NCBI GenBank assembly: GCA_951406725.2
Contig: OX597821.1
Location: forward strand, 58,528,001 to 58,592,000
DNA from: Octopus vulgaris
Taxonomy: Eukaryota
Direction: 5' to 3'
DNA length: 64,000 bases
Numbering within the stretch: position 1 is the first letter of the stretch; each line of letters opens with the position of its first letter. The notes beneath the pieces are model-generated. The model was not told the DNA's origin. It saw only the letters and a list, made by a program, of their open reading frames with translations, and searched no databases. The translations under genes and the position numbers were made by a program. Shown here one piece after another: positions 1 through 11,532 of this stretch.

Positions 1-990
1 ATATTATGCATTCTACAAAGAATTGAGTAATTCCTCAGTTTAATGTCAAATGTTTTTTTGCTTTTTTTATAACACATTAAACATACATATATAAAAACTG
101 ACTTCCTCACTATTACTCATCATCTTATGCAATCTTTTGCTTCAAAACCATATTTTAAATTATATATGACTAAGCTCTATACCATGTATTGAGCACTATT
201 TTCTTAATATTTGGTGATATATGCACACACAAGTTTTAACATCATTTATTTTTAAATGGTATGGTTTTAACTGTATTCAATCTACCTTCATATAGTGTTT
301 TAAATGTCATTAAAATAAAATATTTGAGACATAAAGTTAATTTAAATGTTTATGAAACTCAATAATTTGTCCTTTTGTAAAAAGTTATATAAAATACTAA
401 TTCAGATATATATTTCACTCACCCTACCCCATTAAACCAAACTACACCTCTTTTTCAGGTACTATGTCCTCCTGCCCTCACTGCCCTTTCCACTGTATCC
501 TTCTCTATACATTCAAGTTCTACCAGTCACTGCATTATCCCCTTCTCCGTCTTTGTATTTATGCAAACTCCCTACTCATGCAATCTTGGCAATGCTCCAC
601 CATCTCATTTATATTCTCATATTTGTACCTCATGAATATGCCCTGGCACAAAACCACTATCTCTCTCCCTCTGACTCAGGTAACCACATACCTCCTCTAC
701 AGCAAGACACCCATTTCTGTCTCTGTCATATTCTAATCTCTCATCACCTGACACAAAACCACCTTTTCCAATACTTTCACCTTCTCAAAGGATCTTGGAT
801 TATCTCAATGGTGTTACTGACACATAAAAAGCATACACTCCACAATGTAAAGTGGTTGGCATTAGTAAGGGCATCCAGCTGTAAAATACCATGCTAAAAT
901 CAAGTTTGGTGCAGTTCTCTACTTTACCAGCTCCTGTCAAACTGTCCAACCCATGCCAGCACGAAAGACAGACATTAAATGATGATCTCC

Positions 991-1035
<45 letters not shown>

Positions 1036-1616
1036 TGCTCCAGCTTGGCCACAGTCAAATGACTGAAACAAATAAATGAATATATATATATAATTATTAA
1101 TAGTAGGGAATATAAAATTCCAAATCAAAAGGGGAAAACAAACTCAATTTAGTAATACTAAATCAAATTTCATGATATATATATATAAATATATAGAATT
1201 AAGAGACAGAACCTCCATCAAAGTAATTCAATTAATAGTGAAAGATATTATCTATAATAAAGTATAAATTTAAATATATTATTAATATTCTACTAAAAAT
1301 TACTATACTAAATAATACATATTAAATCGACTAAGCGCATTTCATGACGATATATTCAAATCGACAATATCAAAATCATTAATCTCAAAGATTAATATTA
1401 ATTCGATCCAACGGTACATAGCAACTCTTCAGGTCTAAATAACTTAAAATAAATTTACAACATAAATGAAGACGTTATAATTAAACTATACATTTAGAAA
1501 TAATCGATAAAATTTAACAGTATTAAAGAAAAGTAGAAGCATAACTTATCTTATTGATGAGTACCAGTTAACTCTACAAATTAAACATAGAAATCATGCC
1601 AAAGCAAACACTAGAG

Positions 1617-1950
1617 CAGGGGTTCTCAACCACTTTTTATCTATGGACCCCTTTGATTACTATTTAATTCTGGTGGACCCCCATAGTCTTCTGATGTTTA
1701 AAAACTAGTTTTATAGAAACTTCATTCAAAATTCCTATTTTGTTTCTCACATGTTGACTTATGTAGATTGAACTGTGTAAATTGCTAGAGAGAGAAACCT
1801 AGCTGTTTCTTGCAATACATACCAATACAAACATTTAAATCAAAATTTTTTCAGGGACACATAAAATACTATTGTGGACTCTTGATTTTCTATTTTGTTG
1901 CATGAACCCCTGCATTAGAGCATGATACAATTCTTCAATTCATTGGGTCC
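1617..1950 (+). mobile_element. hAT-like non-autonomous element remnant
   Basis: Begins CAGGGGTTCTCAAC, a typical hAT/Charlie terminus, with repeated tggaccc motifs. No clean right TIR. Confidence 0.4.
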
Positions 1951-2996
1951 CATTCAACCTATGCTAGCATGGAAGATAGACATGATGACTCTCCCTTTAG
2001 TCTTCACCCCATCATCTATTCTTCCTCTTGTGTTGAGGTAGGTTTTGTTTGGCCAAATGCCTTTCCTGTCACCAACCACTACCTGTTTCCAAGCAAGGTA
2101 ATCTTTCCTATGGCCAAACATATCTTTCACAAAAGACTGGAAATGAACAAAACTTGTATGGTGGTGATGATCCTTTATGACCATCACAAGATATCAACAT
2201 AAAGGTAAATACATTATATATATATATATATATATATGATGGGTTTCAGTTTCTATCTAACTTAATCCACTCACAAAGCTTTAGTCAGCCTGGGGCTATA
2301 GTAGAAGACACCTGCCTGAGGTGCCACACAGTGGGACTGAGCCTGAGACCACATGATCAGGAAGCAAGCTTCATAACCATGCCTGCACCTAAAATAAATT
2401 TTTAATCAATAACTATGAACAAAATCATACAAAAATATTCAAAATTTTATAAACAGCAACATAGATTTCTTGACAAGGTACAAGACCAGTATTTTGTAAA
2501 AGAATCATATAATCCATAATGTCCATGGTATATTACTGGTACTTATCAAACATATAAAGGATAAAGCCAGTAGGATCTGGACTTCAAAATATGAAGCACC
2601 AAAAGGTAATGCATCCAAGCCAATGTTCTATAGCCTCATCCAATTCCACCGTCATATATATATATACCAGCATCATTTAATGTCCATTTTCCATGCTGGC
2701 ATGGGTTGGACATATATATATATATATATAAAATGAAAATCTGTACAGAAATGTCATCATAAAATAGTGGTTGATGTTTTCAGATAGAGTTCATATATAT
2801 ATATATACACCACTTTGGCCCCTTTGTTAGTGTATTGTACCTCATACTGTGAAGTTGAAAGAGTCAGAAAATTATTTCAATTACAAGAATATAATTTAAA
2901 CAGATTAAACTGCTTTGATGTCCTCTTCACAGCAGAGATGCACCAAGAGAGATCAGGTTTTAAAATTCTCAAGTAAACTTTCTTCTTATATTTCCT

Positions 2997-3047
2997 TCAT
3001 TTGTCAATGAGTGTTCCCTTGGGGCGCTTTTTAGCTTCTTCTTCTGC
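2997..3047 (-). CDS. STEEP1: STEEP1 coding exon 7 (stop)
   Basis: aaacag|GCA GAA...AAA TGA. Encodes AEEEAKKRPKGTLIDK*. Joined CDS is 642 nt, 213 aa, with no frameshift. Confidence 0.94.
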   Translation of the reverse strand, partial: AEEEAKKRPKGTLIDK

Positions 3048-3462
3048 CTGTTTAATAAAAGAAAACCAAAACTTCAACAAAAGGTCAATCTTTTAGACTT
3101 CCTCTCTCACACATGCACATAATTTAAAGTCAGTTAGCCTTCTATGTATGAAACTAGTTAGATAAACAGAATAAATTATCAAACATGAAACAGTGTTGGA
3201 AAGCCCCTCCATTATGATGTGAAAATATTACAAATTGGTGATAAACTATTAGCAAGTCAAATCTGAGGTCGAGCTATTTCACTTCACTTGCTCTCTGTAC
3301 CAGAAATTTAAATCATCAGCTAATGTTCCAAAGTGAGATGGGTTCTAAAAGCCAGTTATTTTCCTTTGGTTTATTGAAGATAACCTTAATTGTTGACTGC
3401 CAACAACCTAGTAACAGGAGTTTTAATTTTTCTTTTTTTTTACTTCAGTATCATGAAAGATT

Positions 3463-3772
3463 GTGGAGGCGCAATGGCCCAGTGGTTAGGGCAGCGGACT
3501 CGCAGTCGAAGGATCGCGGTTTCAATTCCCAGACTGGGCGTTGTGTTTATTGAGCGAAAACACCTAAAAGCTCTACGAGGCTCGAGCAGGTTGTTGTGGT
3601 GGCGACCCGTTGTACTCTTTCGCCATAACTTTCTCTCACTCTCTCTTCCTGTTTCTTGAGTTACGCTGCAATGGACTGGCGTCCTGTCCAGCTGGGGAGG
3701 AGAACACATATACCACAGAAACCAGACCCATGAGCCTGGCTATGCTTGAAAAGGGTGACGTTTATCGTTTTC
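3463..3772 (+). mobile_element. tRNA-derived SINE (head H1, tail T1) in STEEP1 intron 6
   Basis: A box TGGCCCAGTGG, B-box-like GGTTTCAATTCCC. 13-bp TSD ATCATGAAAGATT at 3450-3462 and 3773-3785. Confidence 0.85.
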
Positions 3773-3840
3773 ATCATGAAAGATTACTGTAGTGTATTTA
3801 ATTACATATATTCAGCAAGAATAAAACAGAAATATACAGT

Positions 3841-4178
3841 GGATGGAAGCACTCCGTCGGTTACGATGACGAGGGTTCCGGTTGATCCAATCAATGGAAC
3901 AGCCTGCTTGTGAAATTAACGTGTAAGTGGCTGATCATTCCACAGACACGTGTACCCTTAACGTAGTTCTCGGGGATATTCAGCGTGACACAGAGAGTGA
4001 CAAGGTCGGCCCTTTGAAATACAGGTACAACAGAAACAGGAAGTAAGAGTGAGAGAAAGTTGTGGTGAAAGAGTACAGCAGGGATCACCACCATCCCTGC
4101 CGGAGCCTCATGGAGAATCGAAACCGTGATCCTATGACTGCGAGTCCGCTGCCCTAACCACTGGGCCATTGCGCCTCC
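3841..4178 (-). mobile_element. tRNA-derived SINE (head H1, tail T2)
   Basis: Same head as 3463 in reverse. 11-bp TSD AAATATACAGT at 3830-3840 and 4179-4189. A full-length relative lies at 39701-40085. Confidence 0.85.
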
Positions 4179-5003
4179 AAATATACAGTATGTGCATGGC
4201 TAACAGAAAGTAAGAAAAGTATCAAACACATACACCCATATACAAGAATTATTTAATGGACTCCATCAGCTTACAGCTGTTTCCACTGTAAGAAGCAGAA
4301 ATACTTTCTGAAATAAACACACTTCATTTTAATGTCTGTGGAAACTATAAGATGTTGCAGAAGCACTCAACTCCGAGTACACTGCTTCTTATAGCAGAAA
4401 CAGTGTAAGCTAATAAGGGTTGATCATGTAATTCCTGTTCCCTTGTTACCCATTGATTTATATTATGCTCTGTACGTGTCTAATGCTTTACTCTAAAACA
4501 CAGTCTAAACCATAAATATACTGAGTTCTAACAAGTGGTTATTAGTTTTGCAATGCCTAAGCAGAATCATAAAATATACACATGCACACACACACACATA
4601 CTCAGCTTGTGATCTACAGGAACATTGTTTATTCAATAGGTATCACGTGAACTTAATTTCCTCCATGTCTCTTGAGAATACAACACTAATCACTCCAGTT
4701 TGTCTTCTTTCAAATTAATAACTAGATGAAGATACAGTCTTCATCAATACTGTAAAAGCCCAATAGATCAGAGGCAATTACTGAACAGTATTAATGCAGA
4801 AAAAATGTTAAAACGTAATTTTTACAAATGAATATCACCTTTACCATTCTTTTAGGCTGGCAAACAATACTGAAATCAGATTACTAGTGTAAAAGAGCAG
4901 TAACTTAATCTCTAAGACTGTCAGACTAAACAGAGAAATCATTGTATATCTGGCATCAAGAATGATTAAAATTAAAGCAAAAGCGCCAACCACACACTCT
5001 TAC

Positions 5004-5096
5004 CTGTTCCATTAATTTCTTTTTACTCATTCCTTTCCTTAACAGTTGTTTCTCAATAACTTTAGCATTGGCAGCATAGGAATCAGCAATTTCTTT
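5004..5096 (-). CDS. STEEP1: STEEP1 coding exon 6
   Basis: ttccag|...CAG|gtaaga. Encodes [31 protein letters not shown]. Confidence 0.96.
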
Positions 5097-5220
5097 CTGG
5101 AAGAAATAAAAATAATTGTGATTAGAATATAATTCCATAAAAATAAACATTTTGAACATGACTCAAATCAGTAAAAGAAGATAAAAGCAAAAATAGTAGC
5201 ATAGATATTAAATTACTTAC

Positions 5221-5310
5221 AGCTTCTATTTCTTCTTCTTCTTCATCAACAGTTGATACAGTAACAGAACTAAACTTGCCCATATTTTTGGTATGTTTGG
5301 TTAATGTAAC
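5221..5310 (-). CDS. STEEP1: STEEP1 coding exon 5
   Basis: cccag|...GCT|gtaagt. Encodes [30 protein letters not shown], the conserved [10 protein letters not shown] acidic motif. Confidence 0.96.
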
Positions 5311-5671
5311 CTGGGAAGATAAAATAATATTTAAAAGTTAAGAAATTCTTTTTCCAACATCTCTTTCAAGTACCAATGTATTGATTGGAAATGCTATAGA
5401 AATAATTTACTTGATCTATCACAATACCAACATCTATCCTGAACTGGGTTAAGTTGTCAAACTAATATATGACACCACTGGTTTGTTTATAAAAAAAATG
5501 TCTCAAAATATCGCCCCTTGGTCCTATATGCAAAACTGGACATCCCATTACCTAATTTTGCTCCTGACACTCTTTAATTCCTGAAAATGCCCTGCTGAAC
5601 TTGGGGTGTGCTGATATCCCCAAGTGTCTTTTATGCCATCAAATACTGTATATAAAGGTCCATGATACCTG

Positions 5672-6058
5672 TTCTTTTATTCTTTTACTTGTTTCAGTCA
5701 TTTGATTGTGGCCATGCTGGAGCACTGCCTTTAGTTGAGCAAATAGATCCCCAGGACTTATTCTCTGTAAGCCTAGTATTTATTCTATCGGTCTCTTTTG
5801 CCAAACCGCTAAGTTATGGGGACATAAACACACCAGCATTGGTTGTCAAGCAATATGGGGGTGGGGGTCAAAAACATACACACACACACACATATACACG
5901 AAGGGCTTCTTTCAGTTTCCGTCTACCAAATCCACTCACAAGGCTTTGGTTGGCCTGAGGCCATAGTAGAAGACACTTGCCCAAGGTGCCACGCAGTGAG
6001 CCTGAACCTGGAACCATGTGGTTCGTAAGCAAGCTACTTACCACACAGCCACTCCTAC
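5672..6058 (-). mobile_element. Abundant tRNA-derived SINE with internal (TA/CA)n tract and ...GACTGAAACAAGTAAAAGAA tail
   Basis: Head GGAGTGGCTGTGTGGTAAG..GGTTCAG. Similar copies at ~13228-13605, 41685-42058, 42100-42440, 44490-44815, 50065-50480, 52170-52650, 56395-56640, 58720-59070 and 63418-63855, plus fragments. Confidence 0.85.
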
Positions 6059-6569
6059 ACCAGTATTTAAAGAAATATATGGTACTGCCAACTATTTTAG
6101 TCTTGAAAGGGTTTAGGAAAACCTTTGTTGATGCAATGTAAGTTTCAAAAGAGCTATTTAAGAAGAACATTCTTGAGATAATCTGTATAATTAGCATCAA
6201 TCCCATAACTTACTCAAATCCAAATTTATTGGACTCTATGTAACATTAATATTTTCTAACCTTTAATATGTCATGTAATCACTAATTAAGGATACAGGAA
6301 ATCATCCTTGGTGTAACTTTTAAGCATTTACCAACTATAACATTTTCTTTACTAAATCCTTAGATGAAAATAAAAATTAAATTCCAAATCCCAGGTAGGA
6401 TGAAAAAACACTTTGAGAATTCAGTGTGTTACTAATATGTGTTTTCAGTTTTGAAATATAATCCTTTTGAAGTCCCCATTACTATTCAAAATGGTTACAA
6501 TTATTTGTGAAACTTACTTAACAATAAATTTTAGTACCGGTGAATTAAAGTGAAAGATTAACCACCCTA

Positions 6570-6767
6570 CAATGGTTGATGGCATATAAGACACACAGTT
6601 TTTTTTTTCTAAATGACAAAGTCTCAAAAAATCACCTTGGGTCCTATACGCAAAGTTGGGCATCCCATGTGCAAATTTTGTTCCTGACATTCTTTTCCCT
6701 AAATATTCCCTGCTGGACTTGGGGTGTGCTAATGTACCCATGTGTCTTTTATGCCATCAGATACAAT
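6570..6767. mobile_element. pogo/Tigger-like MITE
   Basis: Inverted termini TGATGGCATATAAGACAC ... GTGTCTTTTATGCCATCA. A paralogous copy lies at ~5460-5648, and related termini at ~53930 and ~55625-55652 (..AAATACGG|TA). Confidence 0.5.
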
Positions 6768-6894
6768 ATTGTGTTTATTTTGAAGAAATATTTGATACTG
6801 CCAACCATTTTAGTCTTGAAAAGATTTAGGAAATCTTTGTACATACACGGTTTCAAAAGAACTAATAACAAAGAAAACTGTTGAGAATTCTCAC

Positions 6895-7024
6895 CTTCTT
6901 TGGTTTAGAAATCTGACTATATACATCAGTCTTGACACCTTCTCCAGCCTCTCTAAGCGCATCTTCCACTATGAACATGACATTGCTTTTACCCTGGTGA
7001 TGGTAATATAAACAAAGTCCGCAT
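6895..7024 (-). CDS. STEEP1: STEEP1 coding exon 4
   Basis: ttttgacag|...AAG|gtgaga. Encodes CGLCLYYHHQGKSNVMFIVEDALREAGEGVKTDVYSQISKPKK. Confidence 0.93.
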
Positions 7025-7367
7025 CTGTCAAAATAACAGGTATTTCTTCTGAAATATCATCATCTAACAGGATTCTAACCAAATACATGATGTTAATGAC
7101 ATAAAAATTACAGAACGTCAGCTGCTTATAATATTAAGCTGGCCATTATACCTTTTTATCCCTGATGAGTTGGGCCTCTAAAAGTTTAATGGTTCAGTCA
7201 GTTAAGGTACAATGCTAGTGACAGAATGAAATCAAGGAGACTTTTTCTCTTGCAAGTTAACACTCTATTAACTTAACCAGCTGAAATTTTCTGTAAACTA
7301 GAATGGTTATGTAGAGAATATATAGAGAAAAAGTTAAAAAAGTATAATACTGTCAATTAATTCTTAC

Positions 7368-7409
7368 CGTTTGCATTTTTGTCGATACTGTTTTTCAACA
7401 CCTTCAGGT
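7368..7409 (-). CDS. STEEP1: STEEP1 coding exon 3 (42 nt)
   Basis: cttacag|A CCT GAA...AAA CG|gtaaga. Encodes PEGVEKQYRQKCK(R), cf. human PEGIERQYRKKCAK. Confidence 0.95.
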
Positions 7410-7550
7410 CTGTAAGAAGAAACATGAATAGAAAACTGGGTGAAAAACTTTTCAGAGTATTTGAATTTATATAAGCAAATAATCATTTGAAGAAAACATA
7501 AATTATTGGTAGTTTTAGCTTATAAAAAAGATGTGATATCTTTTATGCAA

Positions 7551-7825
7551 CATCATCATCATTGTTTAACGTCCGCTCTCCATGCTAGCATGGATTGGAC
7601 AGTTCAACTGGGGTCTGGGAAGCCAGAAGGCTGCACCAGGCCCAGTCTGATCTGGCAGTGTTTCTACAGCTGGATGCCCTTCCTAACGCCAACCACTCCG
7701 TGAGTGTAGTGGGTGCTTTTTACGTGCTAGACGAGGCTGGCAAACGGCCACGATCGGATGGTGCTTTTTATGTGCCACTTGTACGGAGGCCAGTCAGGGC
7801 AGCGCTGGAAATGGCCACGTTCGCA
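7551..7825 (-). mobile_element. 5'-truncated RTE-clade LINE 3' end with (GAT)n tail
   Basis: Matches the 3' UTR that follows RTE ORF2 at 35040-35925. Many further copies, e.g. 820-985, 8822-9068, 21820-21980, 36800-37150, 37830-38168, 45907-46125, 48258-48552, 58000-58285, 58470-58650, 63185-63405. Confidence 0.8.
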
Positions 7826-7839
7826 ACAGTTGTTAAATT

Positions 7840-8052
7840 TGGTTTCAAATTTTAACACAAGGCCAGTAGTTTCAGGGAGAGGGTAAATTGATTACATCAA
7901 CCCCAGTGTATAACTGGTACTTCTCTTATCGACCCTGAAAGGATGAAAGGCAAAGTCGACTCCAGCGAAATTTGAACTCAAAACGTAAAGACAGGTGAAA
8001 AGCTACAAAGCATTTAGCTTGGCGTGCTAATGATTCTGCCAGTTTGCCACCT
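7840..8052 (-). mobile_element. tRNA-derived SINE with GCCTTTCATCCTTTCGGGGTCGATAA central motif
   Basis: Head GGCGGCGAGCTGGCAGAA..GAGTTCAAATTCC. Copies at ~39215-39425, 43167-43382, 45697-45905, 46150-46320, 46915-47070, 48781-49160, 62440-62820 and 63868-64000. Confidence 0.8.
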
Positions 8053-8114
8053 TTCAACAATCATTAATTTAAAAATGTGTTTAGAAAACAATAAATCTTG
8101 CCGTCTGTAGATAC

Positions 8115-8229
8115 CTTCTTAAGTAGATAATTTCGTCTGGGTCACATGTGATTTTATGAGCATGTTTCTGACCATCTATCACTCTAGCACCATCTCGTTT
8201 CCTCAGCGGCAACTTCTCCATGGGGCAAT
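8115..8229 (-). CDS. STEEP1: STEEP1 coding exon 2
   Basis: tttatcag|...AG|gtatct. Encodes DCPMEKLPLRKRDGARVIDGQKHAHKITCDPDEIIYLRR. Phases 1 and 2 fit the neighbouring exons. Confidence 0.95.
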
Positions 8230-8587
8230 CTGATAAAACAAATGATAAATAAAGAAGACACAAATAAAAATTTGATTTTAGACACAGACAAGGCCTAGAA
8301 TTTGGGGAGTGGGAGTGTATAGTTAATACCATTGACATGACTGGCATCTTATTTTATGGATGCCAGAAAGGTGAAAGATAAAATTAAATGAGACGTTTTG
8401 GTATTGCTTGTTTTGTGTCACTGCTTTGAAGCTGACTTATTTGACACCAGACATTTTCATGTTTTTGTCTGTTTGTCGGTCCCTTTCTCTCCCTCTATGT
8501 CTGTAAGCATATTTCTCTTAGTGCATGTTTGTATCAATCACGATCAATTAATAAACTGTAATGTCTCTCTATCTATCTGCACATGTA

Positions 8588-9371
8588 CGAGGTCTGATTT
8601 AAAAAAATCAGAACCGTTGCTATGGTAACGAAGCTAAAGTACACAGATTGAATCTGCTTGGCACAAACTGACCTTGAACTCAGTCATGCATGCACACTGA
8701 GTTATAACATTCTTGCTCAGTTCGGTTGTTTATAGCAGTGCTTAAAAGTAAAGAGTGCAGAGTGTGGTCAACTCAAAAAGAAGATAAGTTTTCAGCAGCA
8801 AAGGATCTCCTTGATTGTGTCAATCATCATCATCATCATTGTTTAACATCCATTTTCCATGCTGGCAGGGGTTGGATGGTTTGACTGAGGACTGGCGAGC
8901 CAGTATGCTGCGCCAGGCTCCAATATGATTTGGCAAAGTTTCTACAGCTGGATGCTCTTCCGAACGTCAAACACCCCAAGAGTGTAGTGGGTGCTTTTTA
9001 CGTGCCACTAGCAAGGGAGCCAGACAGGCGACATTGGCATTGACTACGTTCAGATGGTGCTTTTTACGAAAACTTTTTGAAAAAGGTCATAACAGATGAC
9101 GAATTGTGACTATGACCTTGAAAGCAAGTCTCAGTTTTTGCAGTGGAAGAACCCGCCAAGGTTTCAAGACAGCAAGGAAATCCAAAAGAATGTGACAAGG
9201 TAACTGCTAACTATCCCCGCAAAAAGGTGTTTCAGGAATGCTTCCATCAATGGAAGCGATGTTGAATAAAGTGTGTGGTTTTAGAAGGGGACTACTTCGA
9301 ACGAGATTAAATACCGAATTGCTAGTTTTCTTTTTATAGCACCAGTCCGAATACTTTTTGATCAGACCTCA
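8588..9371 (+). mobile_element. Internally deleted mariner transposon carrying an RTE insertion
   Basis: TA|CGAGGTCTGAT...ATCAGACCTCA|TA termini. Decayed transposase pieces VITDDE..YDLESKSQ and C-terminal FQECFHQWKRC*IKCVVLEGDYFERD*. RTE 3' end nested at 8822-9068. Confidence 0.85.
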
Positions 9372-9869
9372 TACATGGGTGTGTATTTGCCTCCAGCGCC
9401 AAAAAGTACTGTCGCCCAAACAGTTTCAATGTCCAGTCAACTACGTCAAATCACCAGTCCAATCATCTCATTTCTCAGCAAAATCAACCTCAACGGGATT
9501 TTCGACTTAAAATGCGAAGGGACGTAACTCTTCCGCTTATGTCAATCCACTCCAAAATTTTTAAAATAATTATTTCAGTAATAAATATTTTCTGGTCTAT
9601 CAATCCTCTCCTCGAACATTTTTATATTCTATACCACATTTCAATTGATCCAATCTCCGATTGTTTTGAGATATACAAAGCGGAATGGGAATGTGACATA
9701 TTAGTCAAGGATATAAAGTCCCAGTATAGGAAAGAAAGGGTCGTTGTTTCAGGTTCGTGTTACAGGCGAGGCTACTCTGCACAGACTATTGCACACAAGA
9801 GACGTCACACTTTAAACTGTAAAATTCTGTTTTGTATTCAGGTTATTCTGTTTAATGCGATGCTTATTC

Positions 9870-10367
9870 ATTCACGTGAAGAATTCCGGGCAGAAGTAGG
9901 GGTTCACCAAGGATCAGTCTTCAGCTCCCTCTTATTTATCATTGTCCTCCAGGCAATAACAGAGGAATTCAAGACAAGATGCCCCTGGGAGCTCCTCTAT
10001 ACTGATGACCTTGTTCTCATAGCTGAATCACTACCAGAACTAGAGAAGAAATTTCAGGTGTAGAAGCAAGGTTTAGAATCGAAGGACATTAGAGTCAATT
10101 TTGCAAAAACTTAAATCCTAGTAAGTAGGAAAGCAAACAAACCCCTTCAGGTAGATGGCCCTGCTTGATCGGTAGAAAAGGTGTAGGTAGAAACTCCATA
10201 AGATGTACCCAGTGTAAGCTATGGACACATAAGAGGTGCAGCAACATCAAAGGAAAGTTAACCGGGATAATAGTTTCACTGCTTGATGCAGCCTCCTGGT
10301 TTGCCAGTCCCCAGTCAAACCGTCAAACCCATGCCAGCATGGAAAACAGACGTTAAATGATGATGAT
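9870..10367 (+). mobile_element. RTE-clade LINE reverse-transcriptase fragment (disrupted)
   Basis: VGVHQGSVFSSLLFIIVL..WELLYTDDLVL RT motifs, an in-frame stop, then CTQCKLWTHKRCS, joined by deletion to the RTE 3' end and (GAT)n tail. Confidence 0.88.
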
Positions 10368-10932
10368 TGTTTCGAATTAATCATGCATTATCTCAAATAT
10401 ATTTATGCATTATATCATTGAAATCTCAAAACTTTGTAGCTTTGTGATTTCGATGATTTGCTTATGTGCTTTGAGAAAGACATTGTAGTGTAGGTGTGAC
10501 AGGCTGAATAAAGCCAGTTTGAACATAGAACTGGTAAAATATTTGGGCTGGATGTGGTCAGTTTAAATGCTAAAGAGTTAAATATTAATCGCTCTGTCAA
10601 AAGAGATACCAGGAAAATGTACATAAGTATACACAGGGATAGGACACCTAATGAAAAAAAAATGATTAACTGAAATTTAACATGGTTATAAAATGAGTGG
10701 TAAACTTGAATTTGCAAAATTTCATCTCAGAATTTTAGCCATTTTACATTAGATCTCTTTTGGTGAAAAATTACATTGTTGGTTCCAGGTTTTCAGTGTA
10801 CCAATCACTGGTTCTTTGGATTACTGATTGCAATAAAGATATAGGCGCATCAGTAACTTGCAACAGAACAAATGTCACAAGAGATTTCATTTGAAGAGCA
10901 TCAATTTTTTTTTGTTGCTATATATGTCTGAA

Positions 10933-10974
<42 letters not shown>

Positions 10975-11532
10975 GGTATCAAAGCTGGAAAGAGTTATAG
11001 CCCAATTAATTAGGAAGAGGATTAGCCTGGATGAGATGCAGTTACATAGTGTTCCCACTGCTTACAGGAGGTGGCCAGGACATCACTATGCTAGCTAGAT
11101 CTAGTTTACACCTAAGGAGGGCTGAGCATTTCACGATTACTTCTCTTACGCAATGTTGACAACTTGGACGCGAAGATCGACTCCGATTTCTACCACCATC
11201 AACTTTCTAACTTATTCAAAAATTTATAATCATAGTAGTAGTAGTAGTAGTAATTATTGTTCTAGCAACAATACCGCTATATTCAATAATAAAAGTGCTG
11301 TATGTGAAGGAATAAACAACGCAAGAATATATTAGATGTAACACAATTTCAGCAGCATATATTCAAGGAAAACAATGTGCCAGGACCAAAATTGTCTCAT
11401 AGGGAACTTAGCTATGAATAAAGGGCCCGGAGCGATTTTTTGAGACTCTTTATTTTTATGGCAAAGTGTGCCTTCCATAACATCAAAGAATGTATTTAAG
11501 CGAGATAAATGTGCAAAATGCCTAATACTTGC

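Noticed and set aside
3465-3540. tRNA genes (also at 31382, 36505, 38808, 39701)
   Set aside because: A and B boxes are present but acceptor stems are poor, and each runs into a repeated body, in several cases with a TSD. These are SINE-type heads.
7160-7190. CTGATGAG..CTC hammerhead-like start
   Set aside because: It is followed by TAAAAG rather than GAAA, with no stem III or stem I pairing.
9512-10063. 183-aa ORF as a host gene
   Set aside because: Only the 3' third is meaningful (RTE reverse transcriptase, then a stop). The rest is chance open frame in STEEP1 intron 1.
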